A stretch of DNA of 35,745 nucleotides from Chloroflexota bacterium. Lineage in GTDB: Bacteria > Chloroflexota > Limnocylindria > QHBO01. The position numbers were made by a program, and so were the translations under genes. Below are positions 1-9,000 of this stretch, in pieces; positions within the stretch are counted from its first letter, which is position 1, and every line of letters starts with the position of its first letter. The notes beneath the pieces were generated by a model, which worked only from the letters and a program-made list of their open reading frames with translations, had not been told where the DNA came from and ran no database searches. The stretch is taken from contig JAOUHE010000001.1 in assembly GCA_029865285.1 (NCBI GenBank), positions 1 through 35,745 on the forward strand. The letters run 5' to 3'.

Positions 1-1
1 G

Positions 2-421
2 ACGACGCTCCTGCTCATCCTGCCGGTCCTCGCCGTCCTGCTGCTCGCGGGAGACGAGGCCGGCTGGTGGTTCAGCATCCTGAGCTGGCTGGCGATCGCG
101 GGCCTGGTGCTGGTCGCGGTCGGTCAGCTCCTGCTGGTCGTAGGCGTCATCTCGCTTAACACGTCGTTCCTCACCGGCGGGGTCGGCATCACCCCGTTCC
201 TGCTCTGGGCGCTGGCGACGATCTGGACCGCCTGGTCGTTTGGCGTTCCGTCGCCGATGGTCGGATTCCTGCTCGCCGGCGTGCTGGTGATGAGCGCGCT
301 GACCACCGCGGTCAGCCTCGCACTGCCAGGCATGGCGACCGGCATCGTCAGCGGCGTACTGACGCTGGCACTGTGTGCCTGGATGGCCGCCCTGGGGAGC
401 GACCTGCTGGGGCGCGCCTAG
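2..421 (+). CDS. Polytopic membrane protein, C-terminal part (gene begins upstream of the window)
   Basis: The frame is open from the window edge (codons from nt 2: TTLLLILPVLAVLLLAGDEAGWWFSILSWLAIAGL...). The track ORF 107..421 is only its GTG-initiated tail. The translation is very hydrophobic with several TM-like segments, and third codon positions are almost all G/C. No family recognised. Confidence 0.6.
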   Translation, partial: TTLLLILPVLAVLLLAGDEAGWWFSILSWLAIAGLVLVAVGQLLLVVGVISLNTSFLTGGVGITPFLLWALATIWTAWSFGVPSPMVGFLLAGVLVMSALTTAVSLALPGMATGIVSGVLTLALCAWMAALGSDLLGRA

Positions 422-972
422 ACGGGAACGGCGACGGCGCCTGCCCGAACGCCCGCCTCGAAGGCCCCCAGATCGGCCTCCAGGATCTCCGGACGCTTGA
501 CGCCGACGACCTCGCGGATGGCCTCGATCACCGATTCGCGCGTGACCCAGCCGAGTCGCCCGACCAGTGCGCCCAGGGCCACCACGCTCACCAGCTTGTC
601 GTCACCGGCGCTCGCCGCCAGCTCCGTGCAGGGGACGCGCAGCTCGTCGATCTCCGGCCGTTCCGCGCTCGCGTCGCCCAGCAAGGACGCATTGGCGATC
701 AGCAGCCCGCCGTCCGCCACGCGGGGTCCGAACCTGGCGAGCGACGGGGGATTCATCACGACTGCCGCGTCGTAACGGTCGACGACGGGCGACCCGATCT
801 CCTCGTCAGCAACGATGACGGTGCACGAGGCGGTTCCGCCGCGCATCTCAGGGCCGTACGACGGAATCCAGAACGCCTCCAGTCCATCGGCGATTGCCGC
901 CCGGGCGAGGATCTGCCCGGCGAAGAGGAGCCCCTGCCCGCCGAACCCGGCGAAGACGACCGAGCGCTCCAT
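418..972 (-). CDS. 2-oxoacid:ferredoxin oxidoreductase, gamma subunit
   Basis: From ATG 972 the translation reads MERSVVFAGFGGQGLLFAGQILARAAIADGLEAFWIPSYGPEMRGGTASCTVIV. This carries the GGQG ... SYGPExRGG signature of OFOR gamma domains. The ATG lies 1 nt after the beta stop (974..976). I discard the 18-codon N-terminal extension of the track ORF (to 1026), which overlaps the beta gene. Confidence 0.85.
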   Translation of the reverse strand: MERSVVFAGFGGQGLLFAGQILARAAIADGLEAFWIPSYGPEMRGGTASCTVIVADEEIGSPVVDRYDAAVVMNPPSLARFGPRVADGGLLIANASLLGDASAERPEIDELRVPCTELAASAGDDKLVSVVALGALVGRLGWVTRESVIEAIREVVGVKRPEILEADLGAFEAGVRAGAVAVPV

Positions 973-973
973 C

Positions 974-1765
974 TCAGGCGCCCTCCGCTGCAGCGGGCTG
1001 TCGCGCCGGTGCGGATCGGTCCACAAGGACGCCCAGCGGGTACACCTTCTCGACCTCCGACAGGTGCTCCATCGATTCGACTGCGGTCATCCCCCAACCG
1101 ACCGGGCAGTTCGACAGGATCTCGACGATCGCGAAACCGGCGCCATCCAGCTGGGCTTTGCAGGCGCGCTTGATCATGGCCTTGGTCTTGCCGATGTGCG
1201 GCGGGTCGCTGACCGAGCCGCGGGCGGCGTAGGTCACGCCGGGCAGGATGGCGAGCATCTCGGTCATCGGGATCGGGAAGCCCGCGGCGCCGGCCTCGCG
1301 ACCGGTCGGGGTCGACGTGGTGTGCTGCCCGAGCAGCGTCGTTGGGGCCATCTGGCCGCCGGTCATGCCGTAGATCCCGTTGTTGACGAAGATGGCCGTG
1401 ATCAGCTCGCCGCGCCCGGCGGCGTGGATGATCTCGGCGGTCCCGATCGCCGCCAGGTCGCCGTCGCCCTGGTAGGTGAGCACGAAGCTGTCGGGGCGTA
1501 CCCGGCGGATCCCGGTCGCCACGGCCGGCGCGCGTCCGTGCGGTGCCTCGACCCAGTCCAGCTGCAGGTAGTCATACGCGAAGACGGCGCAGCCGACGGG
1601 GGCCACCGCGATCGTGCGCGGCGCAAGCTCGAGTTCCTCGAGCACCTCCGCGAGCAGGCGGTGGATGATGCCGTGCCCGCAGCCGGGGCAGTAGTGTGTC
1701 GAGCGGTCGGTGAGCAACTCGGGGCGGCTGGCGATGACCCGCGGAGGAGTGGCGACAGCGGTCAT
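974..1765 (-). CDS. 2-oxoacid:ferredoxin oxidoreductase, beta (TPP-binding) subunit
   Basis: HYCPGCGHGIIHRLL, YQGDGDLAAIGTAEIIHAA and FVNNGIYGMTGGQ (the GDG...NN thiamine-PP motif) are typical of OFOR beta subunits. The start ATG overlaps the alpha stop (ATGA at 1762..1765). Confidence 0.9.
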   Translation of the reverse strand: MTAVATPPRVIASRPELLTDRSTHYCPGCGHGIIHRLLAEVLEELELAPRTIAVAPVGCAVFAYDYLQLDWVEAPHGRAPAVATGIRRVRPDSFVLTYQGDGDLAAIGTAEIIHAAGRGELITAIFVNNGIYGMTGGQMAPTTLLGQHTTSTPTGREAGAAGFPIPMTEMLAILPGVTYAARGSVSDPPHIGKTKAMIKRACKAQLDGAGFAIVEILSNCPVGWGMTAVESMEHLSEVEKVYPLGVLVDRSAPARQPAAAEGA

Positions 1766-2883
1766 GTGGCACCGCCCGCGCGAACCGTCGCGTCGAGCCG
1801 GCGGAGCTCCGCCAGCACTTCATCCGGCGTCGGCAGCATCCCACCGGTCCGGCCATGGAAAGCGACCGGGCAGCGTCCCTCCACCGCGAGCCGGACATCC
1901 TCGACCATCTGGCCGGCCGACAGCTCCACGACCAGCATCGCGGTTGGGCGCGACGCCAACTCGCGCAGCTGAGGTTCGGGGAACGGCCAGAGCGTGATCG
2001 GCCGGAAGAGCCCCACGCGGATTCCCTCCTGTCGCGCCTTCCTCATCGCCGAATGCGCGATCCGCGCGGCTGTCCCGTAGGCGACCACCGCCAGATCGGC
2101 GTCCTCGAGCTGCTCTCCGGCCCAGCGAACCTCGTTGCGCGCGATCTCGCGGAACTTGGCCTGCAGCACGTTGTTGTGCTCCTCGAGTCGCTCCGGCAGC
2201 AGGTGCAGGGAGCGAAGGACCCGCGGCGGCCGACCATCGGCCCCGGTGAGCGCCCAGTCGAACTCCTGGCGCGGCGGATGACGGAACTGCGGCTCGATCG
2301 GCTCCATCGCCTGTCCCAGGATCCCGTCGGCAAGCAGGATCACCGGCGTCCGATACCGCTCGGCGAGTTCGAACGCGGTCGCCACCAGTTCCACCGCCTC
2401 GCCGATCGATGCGGGCGCCAGGACCGGGACCTTGTAGTCGCCGTGGCCATGGCCCTTCACCGCCTGGAAGTAGTCGCTCTGGCTCGGACCGATACTGCCC
2501 AGGCCCGGTCCGCCGCGCATGACATTGACCAGCACGATGGGCGTCTGGGAACCCGCCATGTAGCTCATCGCCTCGGCCATCAGGCTCATCCCCGGGCTCG
2601 ACGAGCTGACGAGCACGCGTGCCCCGGTCGCGGCTGCGCCGAGACCCATGTTGATGGCCCCGAGCTCGCTCTCGGCCTGGACGAAGACCCTGCCGAGTTC
2701 CGGCATGCGCCTCGCCATCCATTCCAGCAGCTCGGCCTGCGGGGTGATCGGGTAGCCGAAGTACGCATCACAGCCGGCCTGGATGGCCGCCTCGGCGATC
2801 GCCTCGTTGCCCTTCATCAGGATGCGCGAGCGCTTCGAGCCTGTCGCTCCTTCAGTAGGGGCTCGCTCGACGGTGGCGGTCAT
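1762..2883 (-). CDS. 2-oxoacid:ferredoxin oxidoreductase, alpha subunit
   Basis: 373 aa. The N-terminus MKGNEAIAEAAIQAGCDAYFGYPITPQAELLEWM is the classic OFOR alpha start. ATGA overlap with the delta gene at 2880..2883. Confidence 0.9.
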   Translation of the reverse strand: MTATVERAPTEGATGSKRSRILMKGNEAIAEAAIQAGCDAYFGYPITPQAELLEWMARRMPELGRVFVQAESELGAINMGLGAAATGARVLVSSSSPGMSLMAEAMSYMAGSQTPIVLVNVMRGGPGLGSIGPSQSDYFQAVKGHGHGDYKVPVLAPASIGEAVELVATAFELAERYRTPVILLADGILGQAMEPIEPQFRHPPRQEFDWALTGADGRPPRVLRSLHLLPERLEEHNNVLQAKFREIARNEVRWAGEQLEDADLAVVAYGTAARIAHSAMRKARQEGIRVGLFRPITLWPFPEPQLRELASRPTAMLVVELSAGQMVEDVRLAVEGRCPVAFHGRTGGMLPTPDEVLAELRRLDATVRAGGAT

Positions 2884-3170
2884 TTGGCGGCCTCGCGCTT
2901 CGGTGGGGCGTAGACGGTGAAGACGGCATCGGGGCAGACCCGCGCGCAGAATGCGCAGCTCGTGCAGCTCGGGGCGTCGTGCAACTCGATCGGGTGGTAG
3001 CCGAGCGCGTTCACCACGTCACGATCGAGGGCGAGGAGGTGGTATGGGCAGGCTGCCACGCACAGTTCACAGCCCTTGCATCGGTCGCTGGCGATCTCCA
3101 GTGGCGTGAAGGCGGCGTCTTGCGCAGCGATTGCCTGTCTGCTGCGCGTGTTCACGCTGAGTGCACTCAT
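2880..3170 (-). CDS. 2-oxoacid:ferredoxin oxidoreductase, delta subunit (2x[4Fe-4S] ferredoxin)
   Basis: Two CxxCxxCxxxCP motifs (CKGCELCVAACP and CTSCAFCARVCP). The start is uncertain. I prefer ATG 3170 (GAGG just upstream) over the TTG at 3206 used by the track ORF, which has no SD. Confidence 0.8.
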   Translation of the reverse strand: MSALSVNTRSRQAIAAQDAAFTPLEIASDRCKGCELCVAACPYHLLALDRDVVNALGYHPIELHDAPSCTSCAFCARVCPDAVFTVYAPPKREAAK

Positions 3171-3369
3171 CACCTCGAGGGTGCCCCCACTCGCGCGGGC
3201 GGGCAAGGGCCGAACGGCATCCCTGCGGCGGGACCTCGGTCGTTTGCGGCGGACCCCCGCCCGGGACCCGGCCGACCCGGCCTACCCGTTCGGGCCGACC
3301 GGCACTGGCAGCACCGAAGCCGATCCACGACGCTTCAAGCGGTGAAATTCGTGGAAGACGAGGTGAGAA

Positions 3370-3930
3370 GTGGTCGCGGAGTTGGATGTTCAGACAGCGA
3401 TCGGGGAGACCGCCGCTGAGGAGATTGAGGCACCGGTTGAGACAGTCCCCGAAGAGACGGCGGGGACTCGCCCGCTGATCTCGGTCACCGGCCTGGTGCG
3501 CGGGGTGGATGTTGAGCTGAAGAATGCCCTGGTGGGAGTGGCGGTGGCTGCCGACGACGTCACGGTCGAGCGGGCTTTCGTCCGCAGCATTTTCGCCGGG
3601 GGCGGACTTGAGGTGCGGCAGGCAGGAGCCGCCGTGATCGTGTCGGGAGGCGATACGACGATTCAGCAGGGTGGTGCCCAGGCGATCGTTTCGGCGGGCA
3701 CCGTGAACATGGAGTCGGCCGGATCGGGCTTTGCCATCGCGCGGAGAATTCGCGTCGCGCAGGGCGGGACCCTGGTGTTCGCGCTGGCGCCAACGGTGGA
3801 GGTCGCGGAGGGCGGCCGGGTCATCTTCGGTCGGTCGGCTGCGCTCGCGGTGGTGGGAGGCCTGGCCAGCCTGGCGGCCCTGCTGGTCTTCCTGCTCGGG
3901 CGTCGACCCGGGGCTGCTCGCACAACCTGA
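3370..3930 (+). CDS. Hypothetical membrane-anchored repeat protein (acidic N-terminus, about seven 16-residue repeats, C-terminal TM helix)
   Basis: GTG 3370 is preceded by GAGGTG (3359..3364). Tandem 15-16 aa units: DVTVERAFVRSIFAGG / GLEVRQAGAAVIVSGG / DTTIQQGGAQAIVSAG / TVNMESAGSGFAIARR / IRVAQGGTLVFALAP / TVEVAEGGRVIFG. Then a hydrophobic helix AALAVVGGLASLAALLVFLLG followed by RRPGAAR. High GC3. No family recognised with certainty. Confidence 0.6.
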   Translation: MVAELDVQTAIGETAAEEIEAPVETVPEETAGTRPLISVTGLVRGVDVELKNALVGVAVAADDVTVERAFVRSIFAGGGLEVRQAGAAVIVSGGDTTIQQGGAQAIVSAGTVNMESAGSGFAIARRIRVAQGGTLVFALAPTVEVAEGGRVIFGRSAALAVVGGLASLAALLVFLLGRRPGAARTT

Positions 3931-3940
3931 CTCGGCGGGG

Positions 3941-4219
3941 TCAGCTGACCTCGCTGCCGGTCGTGATCCTCCGACGCGTGGAGATCTCTACCGATGCCTC
4001 TCGCCCCTCGTGTGCGGGGTGCTCGACCAGGGCGATCAGCCGGCTCGACATGAAGCGGCCGGTGCGCACCGGCGTGCCGCCACGAGTTACCTCGCTCACC
4101 TCGACCACGCCCCGGGCAGTGGCTACCTCGATGCGCCGCCCGGCGCGCGTCGCCTCGATCACGAAGGTCTGCGTCCCCTGGCCCGTGTCCACCACCGCCT
4201 CGACCCGATCGCCCTTCAT
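3941..4219 (-). CDS. Small hypothetical protein (92 aa)
   Basis: ATG-initiated ORF with strongly G/C-biased third positions, 43 nt downstream of the amidohydrolase gene on the same strand. No clear SD and no recognisable motif. The overlapping plus-strand ORF 3963..4232 has a poor, S/R/T-rich composition. Confidence 0.45.
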   Translation of the reverse strand: MKGDRVEAVVDTGQGTQTFVIEATRAGRRIEVATARGVVEVSEVTRGGTPVRTGRFMSSRLIALVEHPAHEGREASVEISTRRRITTGSEVS

Positions 4220-4262
4220 GGAGTCAGCCTAGACCGATCCCAGCGCGCGGTCCAGACCGGCG

Positions 4263-5897
4263 TCAGCCGGAGTAGACCTCGGTCCCCTCGGCAAGGGTGA
4301 GCGCGACCCGCGCGTCGCCGATCGGTCCGGCATCGGAGGCCCGCAGGTTGCGGTCCAGCACGACCATGTCCGCCGCCTTGCCGGCCTCCAGGGTGCCGGT
4401 CAGGTGGTCGAGGTGGTTGACGTACGCGGAGCCGATGGTGAACGCAGCCAGTGCGGCGTCCAGCGGCAGGCGCTCATCGGGCAGGAATGGGGGATTGTGG
4501 CGGGCATCAGGATCCACCCTGGTGACCGCCACCTCCATCTCGAGCAGCGGGTTGGGCGACGACACGGTCCAGTCGCTGCCGCCGGCGAGCCGCGCACCAC
4601 TCCGCAGCAGGCCGCCGAACGGGTATTGCCAGGCGGTCCGCAGGGGGCCGAGGACGGGGATGCGCAGGTCGCGCATCTGGTTGTCGTGGGAGGCCCAGAG
4701 CGGCTGCATGTTCGCGGTGGCGCCGATCGCCGCAAAGCGCGGGATGTCGGCGGGTTGGATCAGCTCGATGTGGGCGATGTGGTGCCGGCCATCGGTGCGT
4801 CCGTTGGCGGCCACGGCGCCCTCGATCGCGTCGAGGGCGAGCCGCACGCCGCCGTCGCCGATGGCGTGGAAGTGGCACTGGAAGCCGAGCCGATCCAGCT
4901 CTGAAACTGCCGCCCGCAGCTCGTCCGGCGGAATCATGGGGATGCCGCGGTTCTCGGTGACGTTGCCGTCAGGGCCGAGGTAGGGCTCGGTCAGCAGCGC
5001 GGTACCGTTCTCGATGATGCCGTCCACGAAGAACTTGACGCTGTCCGCGCGAAACCGATCGGGTGGCGCAGCGACCGGCGTATCGCGCTCGCGGATCAGG
5101 TCGGCGATCTGCTCCGGGCCGCGGCCGTTATCCCAGAGCTGCGCGGCCACGACCCGCATGGTGAGCCGTTCCTCCGCAACTGCGCGGCGGTAAGCGGCCA
5201 GCTCGGCCGCGCGGTTCCACGCGTCCTGCCAGGCGGTGATGCCCAGCGAGTGGAGGTAGCGCTGCGCTTCGGCGAGCGCGGCGTCCAGGTCGCCGGCGGT
5301 GGGCGTCGGGATCAGCACCTCGACCAGGTTTGCCGCCCCTTCGTGCAGCGTGCCGGCCGGCTCCCCTTTGGCGTCCCGCTCGATTCGCCCGTCAATCGGA
5401 TCGGGGGTGGCGGCCGTGATCCCGGCGAGCTGCAGCGCGCGGCTGTTGACCCAGGCGGAGTGGCCGTCGCGAGAGGCCAGGAAGACGGGCCGGTCGGGAA
5501 CGATCGCGTCGAGGGCGCTTCGACCCGGGTTTCCGCCGGGAAAGGCGGACATCGCCCAGCCGCTGCCACTGATCCACTCGCGATCGGGGTGCGCGGCCGC
5601 GTAGGCCGCGATTCGATCCGGGTAGGCGCGGGCATCGTCGAGGTCGTGCAGGTCGCACAGCGCCGCGGACAGCCCGCCGTGGATCGGGTGAACGTGCGCG
5701 TCCTGGAATCCGGGAAGCAGCGTCTCGCCGTCGAGCGCGATGCTGCGGGTCGCCGGCCCGGCCAACGTTTGCACATCCCGCCGCGTTCCGACCGCCACGA
5801 TGCGCCCTGCGCGGACAGCGACGGCGTTGGCGCGCGTGGGGCGGCCCGTCATGGTCTCGACGGTGGCGCCGCTGATGACGAGGTCGGCGAACTCCAT
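4263..5897 (-). CDS. Amidohydrolase-3 family metal-dependent hydrolase (YtcJ-like)
   Basis: 544 aa. Metal-ligand motifs are spaced as in amidohydrolase-3 proteins: FQDAHVHPIHGG (HxH), HFHAIGD, HHIAHIE, GSDW. The substrate cannot be inferred. Confidence 0.85.
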   Translation of the reverse strand: MEFADLVISGATVETMTGRPTRANAVAVRAGRIVAVGTRRDVQTLAGPATRSIALDGETLLPGFQDAHVHPIHGGLSAALCDLHDLDDARAYPDRIAAYAAAHPDREWISGSGWAMSAFPGGNPGRSALDAIVPDRPVFLASRDGHSAWVNSRALQLAGITAATPDPIDGRIERDAKGEPAGTLHEGAANLVEVLIPTPTAGDLDAALAEAQRYLHSLGITAWQDAWNRAAELAAYRRAVAEERLTMRVVAAQLWDNGRGPEQIADLIRERDTPVAAPPDRFRADSVKFFVDGIIENGTALLTEPYLGPDGNVTENRGIPMIPPDELRAAVSELDRLGFQCHFHAIGDGGVRLALDAIEGAVAANGRTDGRHHIAHIELIQPADIPRFAAIGATANMQPLWASHDNQMRDLRIPVLGPLRTAWQYPFGGLLRSGARLAGGSDWTVSSPNPLLEMEVAVTRVDPDARHNPPFLPDERLPLDAALAAFTIGSAYVNHLDHLTGTLEAGKAADMVVLDRNLRASDAGPIGDARVALTLAEGTEVYSG

Positions 5898-6004
5898 ACC
5901 CCGATGCTACCCTTACCGGCAGCCAATTCACCCCTGCGGTGCGCGGGCGCGAAGCCACCTCGCCGCCCGGGCAGCATCCGCGACCACCGTCAGGAGCCTC
6001 CCTC

Positions 6005-9000
6005 GTGCACCGATTCAGTGAGCTTGCGGTTGCCAAGCGCAGCGTCGTCCTTCTCCTCGCCGGCGGCCTATTCTTGGCCGGGCTCCTCGCCTGGGGGAGC
6101 CTGAAGCAGGAGCTCGTCCCCGACGTCGAGTTCCCGATCGTGACCGTCATTGCGCCGTATCCCGGTGCCGGTGCCGCGGATGTCACCGAGCAGGTGGCCA
6201 AGCCGATCGAGCGCGCCATTGGAGCGATCCCCGGCATCGACACGATCCAGTCGACATCGGCCAACTCAATCGCCCTGGTGATTGCCGAGTTCGACTACGG
6301 GACCGATGTCCGCGAGGTCACCTCGCTGATCGAGGAGAACCTGGCGACCGCGGGGCTACCCGCTTCGGTGACGCCGCAGGTGACGCCGTTCAACATCAAT
6401 TCGACGCCGGTCCTCTTCAGCTCGATCAGCGCCACGAGCGCCGACGGCCTGGAGGCGGCGGCGCGCATCGCCCGGGAGGAGATCGTCCCGGAGCTATCCG
6501 CGATCTCCGGCGTCGCCGCCGTCGAGCTCACCGGCGGCCTCCAGGAGCGGCTGCTGATCACCCTCGATCCGGTCAAGCTCGCCGATGCCGGCATCTCGAC
6601 CCAGCAGGTGATCGGCCTGTTGACCGCCAACAACCTGACCTTCCCCGGGGGCGGCCTGAACACCGGTGAGCAGACCATCCCGGTCACCACCATCGGTCGC
6701 TTCGCATCGGTCGCCGAGGTTCGCGACCTGGTGGTCGGGGTCCGGCAGCCCGCGCCCGGAGGTCCGACCGACGCACCGGCGTTCCCGCAGCCGATCACGC
6801 TGGCCGACCTCGGCACGGTCGAGATCGTGGCCCAGGCGACGACCGGCTACGGCAGGAGTGACGGCAAACCGGCCCTGAGCCTTACCGTCTCGAAGACCCA
6901 GGATGCGAACACGGTCGAGGTGGCCCAGGCCGCGCAGGCGCTCCTCGATGAGATCGCCGCGCGCCACACCGATTCGCTGACCGTCTCCACCATCGCGGAC
7001 CAGTCAGTCTTCATCATCGATTCGCGCGACGGCCTGCTCCGCGAGGGCGGCCTCGGCGCCATCTTCGCCGTGGTCACCATCTTCCTGTTCCTGTTCAGTC
7101 TGCGCTCCACCTTCGTGGCCGCGGTGAGCATCCCCCTGTCGCTGCTGATCGCCCTGGTCGGCATGCAGTTCAGTGGGATCAGCATCAACATCATGACCCT
7201 GGGTGGCCTGGCGGTTGCGGTGGGGCGGGTGGTGGACGACTCGATCGTGGTGCTCGAGAACATCTACCGGCATCGGGCGCTGGGCGACGACCGGATGACC
7301 GCCGTGCTCCGCGGACCCCGCGAAGTGGCCTCGGCGATCACGGCCAGCACGCTCACCACCGTCGCGGTCTTCATGCCGCTCGGGTTCGCCGGCGGCTTCA
7401 TCAGCCAGTTCTTCCTGCCCTTCGCGCTGACCGTCACGTTCGCCCTGGTCGGCTCGCTGTTCGTGGCCCTGACGGTGATCCCGGTACTTGCCTACCTGCT
7501 GATGGGTCGGGTGAGCACCGCGGTCGACGAGACCGGCGAGCCGCGTAACTCCCTGTGGGTGCACGTCTACGACCCGACGATCCGGTTCGCACTCCGCAAC
7601 CGATGGACGAAGCTCGGCGTGGTCGCCCTCTCGGCCGCGCTCTTTGTCGGCTCGCTGGCACTCGTGCCGCTCCTGCCGACCCAGTTCCTCAGCTCTGGGT
7701 CGGAGAAGATCCTGCGCGTCACCGTCGCACCACCCTCTGGGGCCAGTTCGGCGGCCGTGCTCGAGCGCGCCATCGAGGCGGAGGCGATCCTCATCGACGA
7801 CCCGATGGTCGAACAGGTCCAGACCACCGTGCCCGGCGAGGGTGATACCGGCTTTCAGACGCTCTTCGCGGCGCAGAGCGGGCGACCCGCCAACAGCGCC
7901 GTACTCACCGTCCGCCTGGACTCCACCGTTGACCTGGTCGAGTACGCGGTCACACTCGCCGAGGATCTCGATCCGGTCCGCGGGGACGGCTTCGACGTGG
8001 CCGTCGGTCAACAGGGCGGTGCGACGAGCAATGCCCTGACGGTGATCGTCACCGCCAGCGACCCTGGGCAGGTGGAAACGGCCACTGCAGCGCTGATGGA
8101 CGCGCTGGGCGACCTGTCGGGATTCACCAACCTGACCACCGACCTGGTCCGGGCCGCGCCGGAGATCCAGGTCCGCGTCGATCCGAACAAGGCGGTTGCG
8201 CTCGGCACCACTGCCGCGCAGATCGGGGCCGAGGTGCGCGGAGCGCTCACCGGGCAGACCGTCAGCCGCATCCAGTTCCCCGACTCCGACCCGCTCGACG
8301 TCGTGGTCCGGATCGACCCCGCCGCGACGGCTTCGCTCGCGGACCTCGAGTCGCTGCCGGTCGGCACCGTCGCCCGGGCCTCGCTGGGCACGGTCGCCAC
8401 CGTGGAGCAGGTCGAGGTGCAGGGCACCATCACCCGGATCGATCAGGCCCCGTCGGCATCGGTCAAGGCGGAGATCACTAGCGAGGACACCGGGGCCGTG
8501 TCGGCATCGGTCCAGGCCGTGATCGACGACCTGAAGGCGTCGGGGGCGATCCCGGCCGGCGTCAGCGTGGAGCTGGCCGGCGTGTCGCAGCAGCAGGCGG
8601 AGGCGTTCGGCGGCCTCTTCGCCGCCATGGGGATCGCCATCCTGCTCGTCTTCGTGATGCTGGTCTTCACCTTCAACTCGCTGATCACCCCGTTCATCAT
8701 CCTCTTTAGCCTGCCGCTGGCCACCATCGGTGCCTTCCCGGCGCTGGTGCTGACCGGCCGCCCGATCGGGGTGAGCGCGCTGATCGGCTTCCTGATGCTG
8801 ATCGGGATCGTGGTGACCAACGCGATCGTGCTGCTCGACCTGGTCGAGCGTTTGAAGGCCGATGGGCATTCGACCCGCGACGCGCTGGTGGAGGGTGGCA
8901 AGACCAGGGTCAGGCCGATCCTGATGACTGCCATCGCCACCATCCTGGCCCTCGTGCCGTTGGCGGCAGGGTTCAACGAGGGGTCGATCATCGCCGCCGA

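Noticed and set aside
815-2913. 385-aa and 352-aa plus-strand ORFs (815..1972, 1855..2913) opposite the OFOR operon
   Set aside because: They are antisense to four motif-rich, translationally coupled OFOR genes, and their translations are Arg/Gly/Asp-rich with no motifs.
5392-6264. 290-aa minus-strand ORF crossing the amidohydrolase/RND divergent intergenic region
   Set aside because: It is extremely Arg/Pro-rich, overlaps both flanking genes, and has no motif. Artefact.
7004-8869. 621-aa ORF antisense to the RND permease gene
   Set aside because: The translation is a low-complexity D/R/G/H/E-rich string with no motifs, and it lies wholly inside a well-supported 1047-aa RND gene. Long open antisense frames are expected at this GC content.
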